Positions 41,634 through 51,120 of a DNA stretch of 64,000 nt are shown piece by piece (positions within the stretch are counted from its first letter, which is position 1; every line of letters starts with the position of its first letter). Origin of the DNA: an uncultured Acidobacteriota bacterium (GTDB lineage: Bacteria > Acidobacteriota > UBA6911); NCBI GenBank assembly GCA_963827655.1, contig CAWHCF010000013.1, forward strand, positions 1-64,000, in the 5' to 3' direction. The notes beneath the pieces were generated by a model that saw nothing but the letters and a program-made list of their open reading frames with translations, searched no databases and had not been told where the DNA came from. The position numbers were made by a program, and so were the translations under genes.

Positions 41634-42266
41634 CTACCCTCCTTTCGTCTTTGCTGCAGCCAGGACGGCCTGCCGCACACCAACGTACGTGCCGCAGCGG
41701 CACAGGTTTCCGCCCAGCCCTTTCTCGACCTGCGCCATGGTCGGACTGGGATTCTTGTCCAGGAACGCCTTGCACGCCACTACGAACCCCGGTGTGCAAA
41801 AGCCGCATTGCTGGGCATCATGTTCGACAAAGGCCGCCTGAATCGCGGCGAGTTTGCCGTTCGGGGCGAGCCCCTCCACGGTAGTGATGTCTTTGCCCTG
41901 GGCCTCCAGAGCCAGCACCGAACAGGAATAGACTGGTTTGCCCCCCATTATGACGGTGCAGGCGCCGCAGGTTGCGCGATCGCAGACTTTCTTGGCTCCT
42001 GTGAAATCCAGATAGTTTCGTAAAGCGTCCAGCAGCGTCACGCGTGGTTCTACGCTCACGTTCTGCGCCGTGCCGTTGATGCGCAAGGCAACCGGAACCT
42101 TGGCAGGTCCCAGGATTTTTACGTTTGCCGCGGGGCTCTGGGGCTTCGCGACCCCGACTCCAGCTACGATGGGAGTCGTGAGGGCCACGCCAGCGCCCCT
42201 GGACAAAAAATCGCGACGTGATAAGCCCTTCTCGGGCTTGCTCTCGGGATCGCGGGATTTAGCCAT
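41634..42266 (-). CDS. 2x[2Fe-2S] subunit with Tat signal (PaoA/YagT-like)
   Basis: SRRDFL; C-x4-C-x2-C...C; QCGFC..G; NLCRC. Confidence 0.94.
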   Translation of the reverse strand: MAKSRDPESKPEKGLSRRDFLSRGAGVALTTPIVAGVGVAKPQSPAANVKILGPAKVPVALRINGTAQNVSVEPRVTLLDALRNYLDFTGAKKVCDRATCGACTVIMGGKPVYSCSVLALEAQGKDITTVEGLAPNGKLAAIQAAFVEHDAQQCGFCTPGFVVACKAFLDKNPSPTMAQVEKGLGGNLCRCGTYVGVRQAVLAAAKTKGG

Positions 42267-42454
42267 GAATTACCTCCACCTCGGGTTAGTTAAAGGTCAC
42301 GGTGGCAGCCTAACGGATAGGATGGTCAATAGCAGCCGCATTCTTCCACAGAACAGAAAAATCACGCAAGAGGATTCAGGATCCAGGATTCAGGATTTAC
42401 GGTTCGGGATATCTCAGTGTTTCTTCGTGTCCTGGTTGCATTGGTTTCGCAGCG

Positions 42455-43354
42455 CTAACCATGAAGACGCGAAGACTCCATGCGTTCCTTCATTGCGGAG
42501 CGCAACATTGCGATAGCCGCGTAAACCACTACCACGACGACAAGCCAGCGGACTGCGGTCAAAGGAAGCGATTTGACGATAGAGGCCGCCATCAACACGG
42601 CGGGAATGCCGCCCAGCGCCAGACCCAATGAGGTGCGCAGGCTGTAGCTTTGCCGCCGCATGAATCGCAGGCTGGCCACCGGCATCAGAAATGCGCAAGA
42701 ACCCATCATGATCGGGAAAGCCGCCGCAGGATTCATACCCAGAAGGCTGACCAGGATCATGCAGGGACCATAGAGCCCGATCCCGAGCGTCATTAGAGCT
42801 CCCAGGACAAGATTGACGGCCACCCCGGTCCCGAGGCGCGGCCCCTGAAGACCGAGCGTGTTGCCTCCGGGCGGAAGCAACCCGAGATTGGTCATCAGAA
42901 ACAGCGCTGCGGCGGCGATGAGCGCCAGCCCCATTCCGATCTGGATCCTACGGCGCGGCCATCCCGCGACGATCCCGGCGCCCAGCCAGGCGCCGCCCAC
43001 GGCTGCCGCTATCAGGAGGATCAATGTCGTCATGTCGACCTGCACAATCGCGATGAAGACAAAAGCTTGAACAATGGTGGGAGGTGTGTGGCCAACATTC
43101 AGTGTGCCCGGAATGTGTTCGTCCGGCACCAGCCTGCGAAGCTTGAAAATCGAAGTCGTGGGCGCGAACGAACCGATTCCGAGCGTATCGAAGAAATTTG
43201 TAACGAAGCCTATTGCAAGCTCCAGCAGCGTCGGCGCTCTCCCGCCTCGCTCTCTTGATTCGCCCCGGGATCTGAAAGCGCCAATCAACGAAACCAGAAA
43301 GATCAACCCAAGAATTGACAGAGCTATGAAAAGAGCCAGCTTCGCGCTCAACAT
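42455..43354 (-). CDS. TauE/SafE-like membrane permease
   Basis: NFFDTLGIGSFAPTT, PGTLNVGH, AFPIMMGSCAFL; multiple TM helices. Confidence 0.75.
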   Translation of the reverse strand: MLSAKLALFIALSILGLIFLVSLIGAFRSRGESRERGGRAPTLLELAIGFVTNFFDTLGIGSFAPTTSIFKLRRLVPDEHIPGTLNVGHTPPTIVQAFVFIAIVQVDMTTLILLIAAAVGGAWLGAGIVAGWPRRRIQIGMGLALIAAAALFLMTNLGLLPPGGNTLGLQGPRLGTGVAVNLVLGALMTLGIGLYGPCMILVSLLGMNPAAAFPIMMGSCAFLMPVASLRFMRRQSYSLRTSLGLALGGIPAVLMAASIVKSLPLTAVRWLVVVVVVYAAIAMLRSAMKERMESSRLHG

Positions 43355-43494
43355 TGAGGTAAACTTTCTCTTCTTTGGGTTCGTGGTATTTCTTCGCTGA
43401 GTCTCGTGCGCCTCACCCGCGGTGTCCTTGCGTCTTAGCGGTTAAGAAGGAACCCGCTCGCGACCGGCGGAGTATAAAGCCTCCAGGGACTTGC

Positions 43495-45987
43495 ATGAAC
43501 CTTTTGTTTCTACCCGCCCATCTATCTGTTCGAATGTGGAGTTCTGCGATCAGCCGGCTTGCCGGTAGCGCCGTTCTGATTTTCTCCTGCGCCACTGCGG
43601 GGTTCGCCGAGCCTTGCATCAGGAGCGTCCGGGTCGAAGGGAACGTTCGCGTTCCCACGGCCAGCATCCTTCATCATGTTTCGACGGTCTCCGGAACACC
43701 GTTTGACGAGGCGGCCGCGCGGTCGGATATGCGCAAGCTGCACGCGCTCGGACTCTTCAGTTTTCTGGAAGTCGTCACTGAGGACGCCGGTAACGGGCTG
43801 ATGGATGTGATCTTCCGGGTCGAAGAACGCCCCTTTGTTTCGGATTTTCGGATTGAAGGGGTGAAGGAATCGCTCAAGGCGCGAATTGTCGAGCTTCTTC
43901 AAAAACAGCATCTTGAAATCCGCCCTTCCATGCCGTTTCAACCGGCCACGGGAAAGCGGGTCGAGGCTGCGGTGCGCGGTTTTCTTCGGGCACAAAAGTA
44001 TCCCAACGTGGAGGCCCAGCTGGTCGAGGAACTTCGAGGAACCACGGTGAGACTCGTCCTTCAAATCTGGCCGGGGCCTCGCTTGCCCATAAGGCAGGTT
44101 ATCTTCACCGGCAACCAGCGTCTCTCTTCCCCGGACCTGAACAAGCAGATGCGCGACACGCGTCCCGAGTCGTTCTGGAACCGGCGCGGGAGCTACATAC
44201 CCGAAGGATTGTCGGCTGACCTGGAGCGGCTCGACCGCTACTATCAATCCGCAGGCTATGCCGCGGTTTCAATCGGGAAGCCGGAAATCTCCGTGCGAAC
44301 TTTTCAATCGCGAAAATGGTTTCCATTACCGAGGAAGACGCGCGAACGCGAAGGGCTGATGATACGAATTCCCATCAATGAGGGTTCGCTCTTTCAGCTT
44401 GCCTCGGTTCGGATCGAGGGCGAGGCGAAGGCGGCGGCTTCGGAGATAGCCGCCCTGACGGAGTCTCTTCAGGTTCCGCGCCCGTACGATTCCTCGCTTC
44501 TCGAATCAATCCGCCAGAAAATGGTGGCTGCACTCGGCCGCTCCGGTTATGCCTTCGCACAGGTTCGCCTCGATCGGGGCGTCCACGAGCCCGACAAGAT
44601 CGCTGCAGTGTACAGAATCGATGCCGGCGGTCCCTTTGTCGTAGGCCAGATCCGATTCGAGGGGAATCGCCGCCTGCCGGACAAGTTTCTTCGCCGCGAG
44701 CTGGCTACACTAGAGGGTGACTTGTTCGATTCCGCCAAGCTGGACGAAAGCCTCGATCGGCTCAATCGAAGCAGCCTGGTCAAGGAGCTTCAGCGCGCCG
44801 ATATTGAGTTGAGCTTGAACGACCGTGACACGCTGGACGTCACGTTCAAAGTCAAGGAGAAGGATCGACAGGGCATCTATGGAACCGGCGGCACGGGAGG
44901 GATCGGCGGCGGCTATCTCGGGCTTCTCTACACGGCATTCAACCTGTTGGGCATCGGTGAAGCCCTGACCGTCCAGTTGGACGGAGGAGCAGCCCAATCA
45001 AACCTGCTGGTCGATCTGCTGACTCGTCATTTCCTCGGCTCCCCGTTTACCCTGGCTCTATCCGGTTTCCATCGTGTCACTAACATCAACGTCGCGCGGA
45101 TCGTTCCGGGGCCCGAGGACCTCATTGGAGTGTTGTGGCGCCGTTCGACGGGTTTCGGCGTCTCGGGAAGTTATCCACTGACTCCGGCTGCCCAGTTCGG
45201 AATCGGGGTTCAATTGAAGCGCGACTCCACGCGCGAAGCAGGCGGGAGCGGCGCCGGCCAGACAGCAACGCCGGTGGTCTACAAATCGGAGCTGAGTCCG
45301 TCATTCAGCTTTGATTCAACCCGCGGGATCGGGGCCGAAACGCGCGGCAGCAAGCTATTGCTGGCGCAGTCGTGGCGCGGGACCCCGTTTCTGGGCTCGG
45401 TCAAGTCGACCCGGCCCTCCCTGCAGTACGGTCGTTATCTGAAAGCCCCCAGGAAGAGCGGCCTGGCTTTCCAGGCTTACGCTACATTCGTTCAGCCGCA
45501 CGCAGGCCGCGCTCTCGCGCTGGAGGAGCGATTCTTCCCCGGGAATGAAATTGCGCGCGGCTTCCGGCGCGGCGCTCTCTCGCCCTGGAGCTATGCCCCG
45601 GACCTTGGTTCCGAAGCGCTTCGGCCTGCAGGGGCGGACGCGCTCGGACGGTTTTCGGCAGAGTACCGGGTGCCGCTGCGAGGGCCGCTCAGCTCGGCGC
45701 TTTTTCTCGACCTGGGATGGACGCGGGTAAGGCGCGGGGACGTTGAGTCCGCCGAAAGGGTAAGCCTGATCGAGGCGACCAACGGCTTGCTACGGGCCTC
45801 GACCGGTGGGGAATTGAGAATGCAGTTGCCTCTGATACGCCAGCCGGCGCGCGTGATCTTCGCCTGGAATCCTCTCCGGCTTCACACCCTGTTTCAGAGT
45901 CCGGATTCTGCGCCGCTCCGCATAGCGGATCCGCGCGGAGCGATCCGCTTCGCATTAGGACTGCAACGATTGACGATTTACGATTGA
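43495..45987 (+). CDS. Omp85/BamA-family outer membrane protein (POTRA domains plus beta-barrel)
   Basis: POTRA signatures (VEGNVRV, IFTGN.RL, RFEGNRR..DKFLRREL..EGDLF), NLLGIGE barrel start, ARGF (VRGF-like), AEYRVPL. Confidence 0.85.
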   Translation: MNLLFLPAHLSVRMWSSAISRLAGSAVLIFSCATAGFAEPCIRSVRVEGNVRVPTASILHHVSTVSGTPFDEAAARSDMRKLHALGLFSFLEVVTEDAGNGLMDVIFRVEERPFVSDFRIEGVKESLKARIVELLQKQHLEIRPSMPFQPATGKRVEAAVRGFLRAQKYPNVEAQLVEELRGTTVRLVLQIWPGPRLPIRQVIFTGNQRLSSPDLNKQMRDTRPESFWNRRGSYIPEGLSADLERLDRYYQSAGYAAVSIGKPEISVRTFQSRKWFPLPRKTREREGLMIRIPINEGSLFQLASVRIEGEAKAAASEIAALTESLQVPRPYDSSLLESIRQKMVAALGRSGYAFAQVRLDRGVHEPDKIAAVYRIDAGGPFVVGQIRFEGNRRLPDKFLRRELATLEGDLFDSAKLDESLDRLNRSSLVKELQRADIELSLNDRDTLDVTFKVKEKDRQGIYGTGGTGGIGGGYLGLLYTAFNLLGIGEALTVQLDGGAAQSNLLVDLLTRHFLGSPFTLALSGFHRVTNINVARIVPGPEDLIGVLWRRSTGFGVSGSYPLTPAAQFGIGVQLKRDSTREAGGSGAGQTATPVVYKSELSPSFSFDSTRGIGAETRGSKLLLAQSWRGTPFLGSVKSTRPSLQYGRYLKAPRKSGLAFQAYATFVQPHAGRALALEERFFPGNEIARGFRRGALSPWSYAPDLGSEALRPAGADALGRFSAEYRVPLRGPLSSALFLDLGWTRVRRGDVESAERVSLIEATNGLLRASTGGELRMQLPLIRQPARVIFAWNPLRLHTLFQSPDSAPLRIADPRGAIRFALGLQRLTIYD

Positions 45988-46063
45988 CGATTTACGATTG
46001 ACAATTCGCGATTAAACGCCGATTGCGATCGTAAATCGTCAATCGTCAATCGTCAATCGTAAA
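45967..46063. repeat. Inverted heptamer array between the convergent Omp85 and DUF2911 genes
   Basis: cgattgacgatttacgattgacgatttacgattgac followed by gatcgtaaatcgtcaatcgtcaatcgtcaatcgtaaa. Confidence 0.9.
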
Positions 46064-46081
46064 CGTCCTGGTCCGGATGTT

Positions 46082-46585
46082 CTACTTAGTCTGAAAGTCT
46101 GCGCTGAGCCTCAGTGTGCCCCAGGTCGTTAGGAAGACGCCACCCTTCGCGGCTTCCTTCAATTCAATCGTAAAAGTCTCGACCGGACTGGAGGCGCTTT
46201 CCTTTTTCAGGGGCACTTTCAAGTCCTGGCTCGCTCCCGCTTGACCGGACTGCGATTGGAAAATCAATTCGAACTTGTCTTCGGCGACCTTACCCAACTG
46301 CAGGCGATAGCTTCCCTTCGGAATCTTGGTACTTCCGAAGGTCAGGTCCACGGGCGTGGTTAAGACCGACGGATCGTCCTGTCCCATACGCCACACGTCG
46401 CCGGTTTTCAATTGCCCGATCATGTCGCGCCCTTTCAACGAGGGGCGGCCATATTCAATCGTGATCGGTCCAGTCCCTGCCTTTAGCTCCGCCTTACCAC
46501 GGAGTCCTTGAGCCATCAACGGCGTTGCCAAAACACACGTCAGCAACAAACATTCAATCCAGCCGAGAGCTTTCTTATAATGCAT
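46082..46585 (-). CDS. DUF2911 family secreted protein
   Basis: Signal peptide; ITIEYGRPSLKGR, VWRMG, VETFTI, WGT. Confidence 0.85.
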   Translation of the reverse strand: MHYKKALGWIECLLLTCVLATPLMAQGLRGKAELKAGTGPITIEYGRPSLKGRDMIGQLKTGDVWRMGQDDPSVLTTPVDLTFGSTKIPKGSYRLQLGKVAEDKFELIFQSQSGQAGASQDLKVPLKKESASSPVETFTIELKEAAKGGVFLTTWGTLRLSADFQTK

Positions 46586-46759
46586 CGCTTTCTCCTCAGG
46601 GTTAGAAAGGGACAAAGAATAGCACCTGTCCCCGTTTCTTTCCAAGTTTCAAGGCGGAGATAGTATTAGTTCGTTGCGGATATCCGGTAGCTGTGCAACA
46701 CGGTCAATTCGATCGTCAGGTAACGAGGTCAAGAAGATGTCCGCGTTATTAAGCCCGAA

Positions 46760-46797
46760 AGCTGACGGCTGACCGCTGATAGCTGATCGCTCTCGAT
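46760..46797 (+). repeat. Heptamer GCTGA(C/T)N array
   Basis: gctgacg gctgacc gctgata gctgatc gct. Confidence 0.7.
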
Positions 46798-46842
46798 CAT
46801 TTTGATTGCGGCCTTACGGCTGCGTTGTGGTTTCAGGCCAAA

Positions 46843-48138
46843 ATGACAACTGCCACCACCTCCCAACGACAGATCCTGTTGTTCTGGCTTCCGCTGGCTG
46901 CAAGCTGGACTCTCATGGGGATGGAGGGTCCGATCCTGCAGGCGATCATCGCGCGCCTTCCCAACCTCGAGACCCAGCTGGCGGCTTTCGGCATTGTGAT
47001 GAGCGTCGAGATTGCCATCGAAAGTCCGGTGATCATGCTTCTCGCAACCAGTACCGCCCTGGTCACCAACGCGCAAAGCTATTACACCCTGCGCCGTTTC
47101 ATGATCTGGGTCAACCTCCTGGTCACCCTGGTTGCTTTTCTGGTGGCGTTTACACCGCTCTATCGATTGCTGGTGTCGACTCTCATGGGTATCCCGACGC
47201 ACATTGCGGAAGCGGCTCGGCCCGGGATGAAAATAATGACATTCTGGTCCGCTGCTATCGGAGTTCGCCGTTTCCAGCAAGGCGTCTTGATCCGTCAGGG
47301 TCAGACGCGCTGGATAGGATACGGCACATTGGTGCGTCTGATTTCGTCTGCCGGAACGGGCATTCTGCTGGCTGTCCTTGTGCCGCTGCCGGGAGTTTAC
47401 ATTGCCAGCATCAGCCTGATGGCGGGGGTCGCCCTGGAGGCGCTGTTTATTGGATGGGCGGCCCGGCCCACGGTTGCCCGAATCCTGTCTTGGCCTGGTC
47501 AGGGCATTGGCGAGATCCTTTCATTCAATGATGTCGCTCGATATCACGCGCCACTTGCGGCCACATCGCTTCTGACCCTCTTGATCCAGCCTTTGATCGG
47601 CGCCGGATTGGCAAGGATGCAGTTTCCCGAGGAAAACCTGGCGGCATGGCCTGTGGTCTGGGGAGTGCTGTTCATCTTCCGCAGTCCCGCGTTTGCACTT
47701 CCGGAAGCGATCATCACACTGATATCCGAAAGGCGCTTGTTGGATCCTGTCCGCCAATTCTGCCGGAGGGTGGGAATTGCATCCTCATTGGCTCTTCTGA
47801 TCCTCACCGCGTCGCCGCTTTTGACTCTGTACCTGCGTTACCTCGCGGGACTGCCGGACAGCCTGTCACGTTTTGTCGTGCCGGGCCTGGTCCTCGGTGT
47901 TTTTATTCCGCTGGTCAATTCGATCCACAGCTGGTATCGCGGGCTCCTCATGGTAGGACGCCTGACCGGCGTGATTTACTGGAGCATGGCGCTTGGCCTG
48001 CTGGTGGCCGCGCTGGTTATCTTCGTCGGAGTAAAACTGCGCGCTCCAGGAGTCGCGACCGGCGTGACGGCAATGATAGCGTCGATGCTGGCGGAGATTT
48101 ACTATCTGCGAAAGAGATCGAATTCGGTGGTCTTTTAG
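46843..48138 (+). CDS. MATE/MOP-superfamily (ANKH-like) membrane protein
   Basis: FWLPLAASW.LM..E.P...A.IAR, LAAFG, IESP.IMLL; about 12 TM helices in two similar halves. Confidence 0.7.
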   Translation: MTTATTSQRQILLFWLPLAASWTLMGMEGPILQAIIARLPNLETQLAAFGIVMSVEIAIESPVIMLLATSTALVTNAQSYYTLRRFMIWVNLLVTLVAFLVAFTPLYRLLVSTLMGIPTHIAEAARPGMKIMTFWSAAIGVRRFQQGVLIRQGQTRWIGYGTLVRLISSAGTGILLAVLVPLPGVYIASISLMAGVALEALFIGWAARPTVARILSWPGQGIGEILSFNDVARYHAPLAATSLLTLLIQPLIGAGLARMQFPEENLAAWPVVWGVLFIFRSPAFALPEAIITLISERRLLDPVRQFCRRVGIASSLALLILTASPLLTLYLRYLAGLPDSLSRFVVPGLVLGVFIPLVNSIHSWYRGLLMVGRLTGVIYWSMALGLLVAALVIFVGVKLRAPGVATGVTAMIASMLAEIYYLRKRSNSVVF

Positions 48139-48199
48139 TGTCTTCGCGTCTTCGTGGTTAGTTATAATCGCGGGCTTTCAGCCGTCAGTGGAGGAAGGT

Positions 48200-49681
48200 G
48201 TGATCAATTTCCGTCGCCGGGGCAGCTTCTGTCTCATCTCCTTGCTGCTGGCGCCCCTGAGCTGGAGCCAGACCCGGCCGGACAGGCGGCCCAACTTTAT
48301 CCTTATTATTGCAGACGACATGGCCTGGGATGACTACGGCGCGTACGGTCACCGTACCATCAAGACGCCGAACCTCGATCGTCTGGCGCGCCAGGGCATG
48401 CGTTTCGACCGCGCGTTTCTGACCGCTTCTTCCTGTAGTCCCAGCCGGGCAAGCTTGATCACCGGGCGGTATCCGCACAGCGCCGATGCCGAGCAGCTCC
48501 ATTGGCCGCTCCCTAAAGAGCAGATCACGTTCGTCGAGCTGCTCAAAAAGGCGGGCTACTGGACTGCGGCGGCCGGCAAGTGGCACCTCGGTGACGACGT
48601 GAAAGACCGGTTCGACCAGGTGCGTGAGGCGGACCCGGCCGGATTTCAGCTCGGGAGCAGTGGAGGGCTGGCCGTCAAGTCCGGGGCGGGCGCGGTTCAG
48701 AGCGGGTGCGATCAGTGGCTGCCGACCTTGCGCGCCCGTCCGCGGGGCAAGCCGTTTTTTCTCTGGCTGGCTTCCCTGGATCCGCATCGGGACTATGAGG
48801 AGAACACAATTCCGCAACCGCATCGGCCCGCCGACGTCGTGGTGCCACCCTACCTGCCGGACATTGCTGAGGTACGAAAAGAGCTTGCGCTTTACTACGA
48901 CGAGATCAGCCGGCTCGACCGGTTTGTCGCCGAGGTGCTGGCGGAACTCGATCGCCAGGGAGAGGCGGAGCATACGCTTGTGCTGTTCATGAGTGACAAC
49001 GGTCGGCCTTTCCCCAGGGCCAAGACCACGACGTATGACAGCGGCATCAAGACCCCCTGGGTCGTGCGCTGGCCGGCTCGCGTCAAAGCGGGGAGCGTTT
49101 GCAAGAATCTGGTGAGCGCAATCGACATCGCCCCGACGTTTATCGAACTGGCGGGTATCGTTCCTCGTGCCGGCTTTCAGGGGAAGAGCTTCGCCCGGCT
49201 ACTGGAGGACCCGCAGCGTGCAATCCACGACTACGTGTACGCGGAAGACAACTGGCACGATTACGCGGACCATGCTCGGGCGGTGCGATCGCTTCAATAC
49301 AAGTACATCCGCAATTACTACGACGACCTTCCCGGCACGCCGGGCGCCGATGCCGTTCGCAGCAGCACGTTTCAGGCGATGCTGCGGCTGCGAGTTGCGG
49401 GCGCGCTCAGTAATGAGCAGAGCAATGTGTTTGCCAGGCCCCGGCCGCGCGAGGAGTTCTACGACACGACGGCCGATCCGCACGAACTGCGGAATCTCGT
49501 CGACGACCCGCGCTATGCCGCGACTCTTGCGGAGATGCGGAAAGCTCTTCTCGACTGGGAGCGGGAAACCGGCGACCGCGTGCCGCGTATCAGGACCCCC
49601 GACGAATTCGATCGGGAAACTGGAACTCCACTGCCGAATCGCAAGCGACCGCGCCCGTCGAAGAAGGAGTTGGGCTTGTGA
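48200..49681 (+). CDS. Sulfatase (heparan N-sulfatase-like)
   Basis: PNFILIIADD, CSPSRASLITG (formylglycine motif), GKWH, DPHR, SDNG; signal peptide. Confidence 0.93.
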   Translation: MINFRRRGSFCLISLLLAPLSWSQTRPDRRPNFILIIADDMAWDDYGAYGHRTIKTPNLDRLARQGMRFDRAFLTASSCSPSRASLITGRYPHSADAEQLHWPLPKEQITFVELLKKAGYWTAAAGKWHLGDDVKDRFDQVREADPAGFQLGSSGGLAVKSGAGAVQSGCDQWLPTLRARPRGKPFFLWLASLDPHRDYEENTIPQPHRPADVVVPPYLPDIAEVRKELALYYDEISRLDRFVAEVLAELDRQGEAEHTLVLFMSDNGRPFPRAKTTTYDSGIKTPWVVRWPARVKAGSVCKNLVSAIDIAPTFIELAGIVPRAGFQGKSFARLLEDPQRAIHDYVYAEDNWHDYADHARAVRSLQYKYIRNYYDDLPGTPGADAVRSSTFQAMLRLRVAGALSNEQSNVFARPRPREEFYDTTADPHELRNLVDDPRYAATLAEMRKALLDWERETGDRVPRIRTPDEFDRETGTPLPNRKRPRPSKKELGL

Positions 49682-49747
49682 CCGCGTCTTCGCGACTTTG
49701 CGTCCTGGTGGTGGGTCTTTACCCGGAGGGAAAGGAGAGCTGTTCAA

Positions 49748-51028
49748 ATGCGATTCAGAACTGACTGGCTTGTTTTATTCTGCCTGGCCGCTTATCCGGC
49801 GCAGGCGCAGTATGAGCTGCTTCTGTCGGGCGGCCACGTCATCGACCCGAAAAACCGGATCAACCAGCGCATGGATATCGGCATTGCCGATGGAAAGATC
49901 GCCGCGGTCGCATCGAAGATCGAACCAGCGCGAGCCAAGCGGACCATCGATCTTTCAGGGCTATACATGACGCCTGGACTGATCGATCTCCATACCCACC
50001 TTTTTGCGACTACCGGTATTCCCGGGGCGTGGGCCGGCGACAGCAGCGTCTTTCCGGACGGCTTCAGCTTTCGCGCCGGCGTCACCACGATGGCCGATGC
50101 CGGATCTTCGGGTTGGCGCAATTTTGAGACTTTCCGTCATACCGTGATCGACCGCGCGCGAACTCGAGTCCTGGCGTTCATCAATGTGGTCGGCCTGGGC
50201 ATGATCAACGATTTCGTAGAGCAGGATCGAAATGACATGAAACCCGATGAATTGGCCCGCCTGGCGCGCAAACACAAGGATGTCGTCGTAGGTATAAAAT
50301 CCGCGCACTATCAGGGTATCGATTGGACTTCGGTGGATCGCGCGATCGAGGCGGGTAAATTGGCCGACATTCCGATCATGGTAGATTTCGGCTACTTTCT
50401 CCCGGACCGCCCCTACTGGAAGCTCGTAACCGAGCGCCTGCGGCCGGGCGACATCAGTACCCACATGTTTCGTGGACCTGTCCCTTATGTTGATGATAAA
50501 GGCAAGCTGTTTGATTATCTTGCGCGCGCGCGGGCCCGGGGCGTGAAATTTGACGTCGGCCATGGCGGGGGAAGCTTCGTCATGAGAAACGCCGTTCCGG
50601 CCATCGCGCAGGGGTTTTATCCGGACTCCATCTCGACCGATCTTCATACTGGTAGCATGAACGGAGCCATGATCGACATGCCCACGACGATGTCGAAATT
50701 GCTGGTAATGGGAATGCCTTTAAACGAAGTGGTCCTGCGCTCGACCTGGAACCCGGCGGAAATGATCCGGAGACCGGAGCTGGGACATTTGAGTGTAGGC
50801 GCTCTCGCCGACATCGCCGTCTGGAAACTGCTCGAGGGTGATTTCGGCTTCGCCGATGCGGCCGGCGGAAAAATAACAGGGAAGCAGCGCCTGTTTTGCG
50901 AGCTGACCTTCAAAGACGGGCGTATCGTGTGGGACTGGAACGCGCGAGGCGGCGCCGATTATAAGACTCTCACCCCTACCTACGGAATCAGGGAAGGCAT
51001 CGATCATATCGTGAAGCCTAAACAGTAA
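49748..51028 (+). CDS. Amidohydrolase/deacetylase family metallohydrolase
   Basis: PGLIDLHTH, GVTT..DAGS, LRPGDI.TH, FDVGHGGGSF, SISTDLH; signal peptide. Confidence 0.9.
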   Translation: MRFRTDWLVLFCLAAYPAQAQYELLLSGGHVIDPKNRINQRMDIGIADGKIAAVASKIEPARAKRTIDLSGLYMTPGLIDLHTHLFATTGIPGAWAGDSSVFPDGFSFRAGVTTMADAGSSGWRNFETFRHTVIDRARTRVLAFINVVGLGMINDFVEQDRNDMKPDELARLARKHKDVVVGIKSAHYQGIDWTSVDRAIEAGKLADIPIMVDFGYFLPDRPYWKLVTERLRPGDISTHMFRGPVPYVDDKGKLFDYLARARARGVKFDVGHGGGSFVMRNAVPAIAQGFYPDSISTDLHTGSMNGAMIDMPTTMSKLLVMGMPLNEVVLRSTWNPAEMIRRPELGHLSVGALADIAVWKLLEGDFGFADAAGGKITGKQRLFCELTFKDGRIVWDWNARGGADYKTLTPTYGIREGIDHIVKPKQ

Positions 51029-51120
51029 GGTTTGTCACTTAGCTTTTCTTCGTGTCTTTGAGGCTTAGTGGTTGGTTTTTGACACGAAGAAACGCGAAGC
51101 ATCTTAATAAGGATGAAGTA

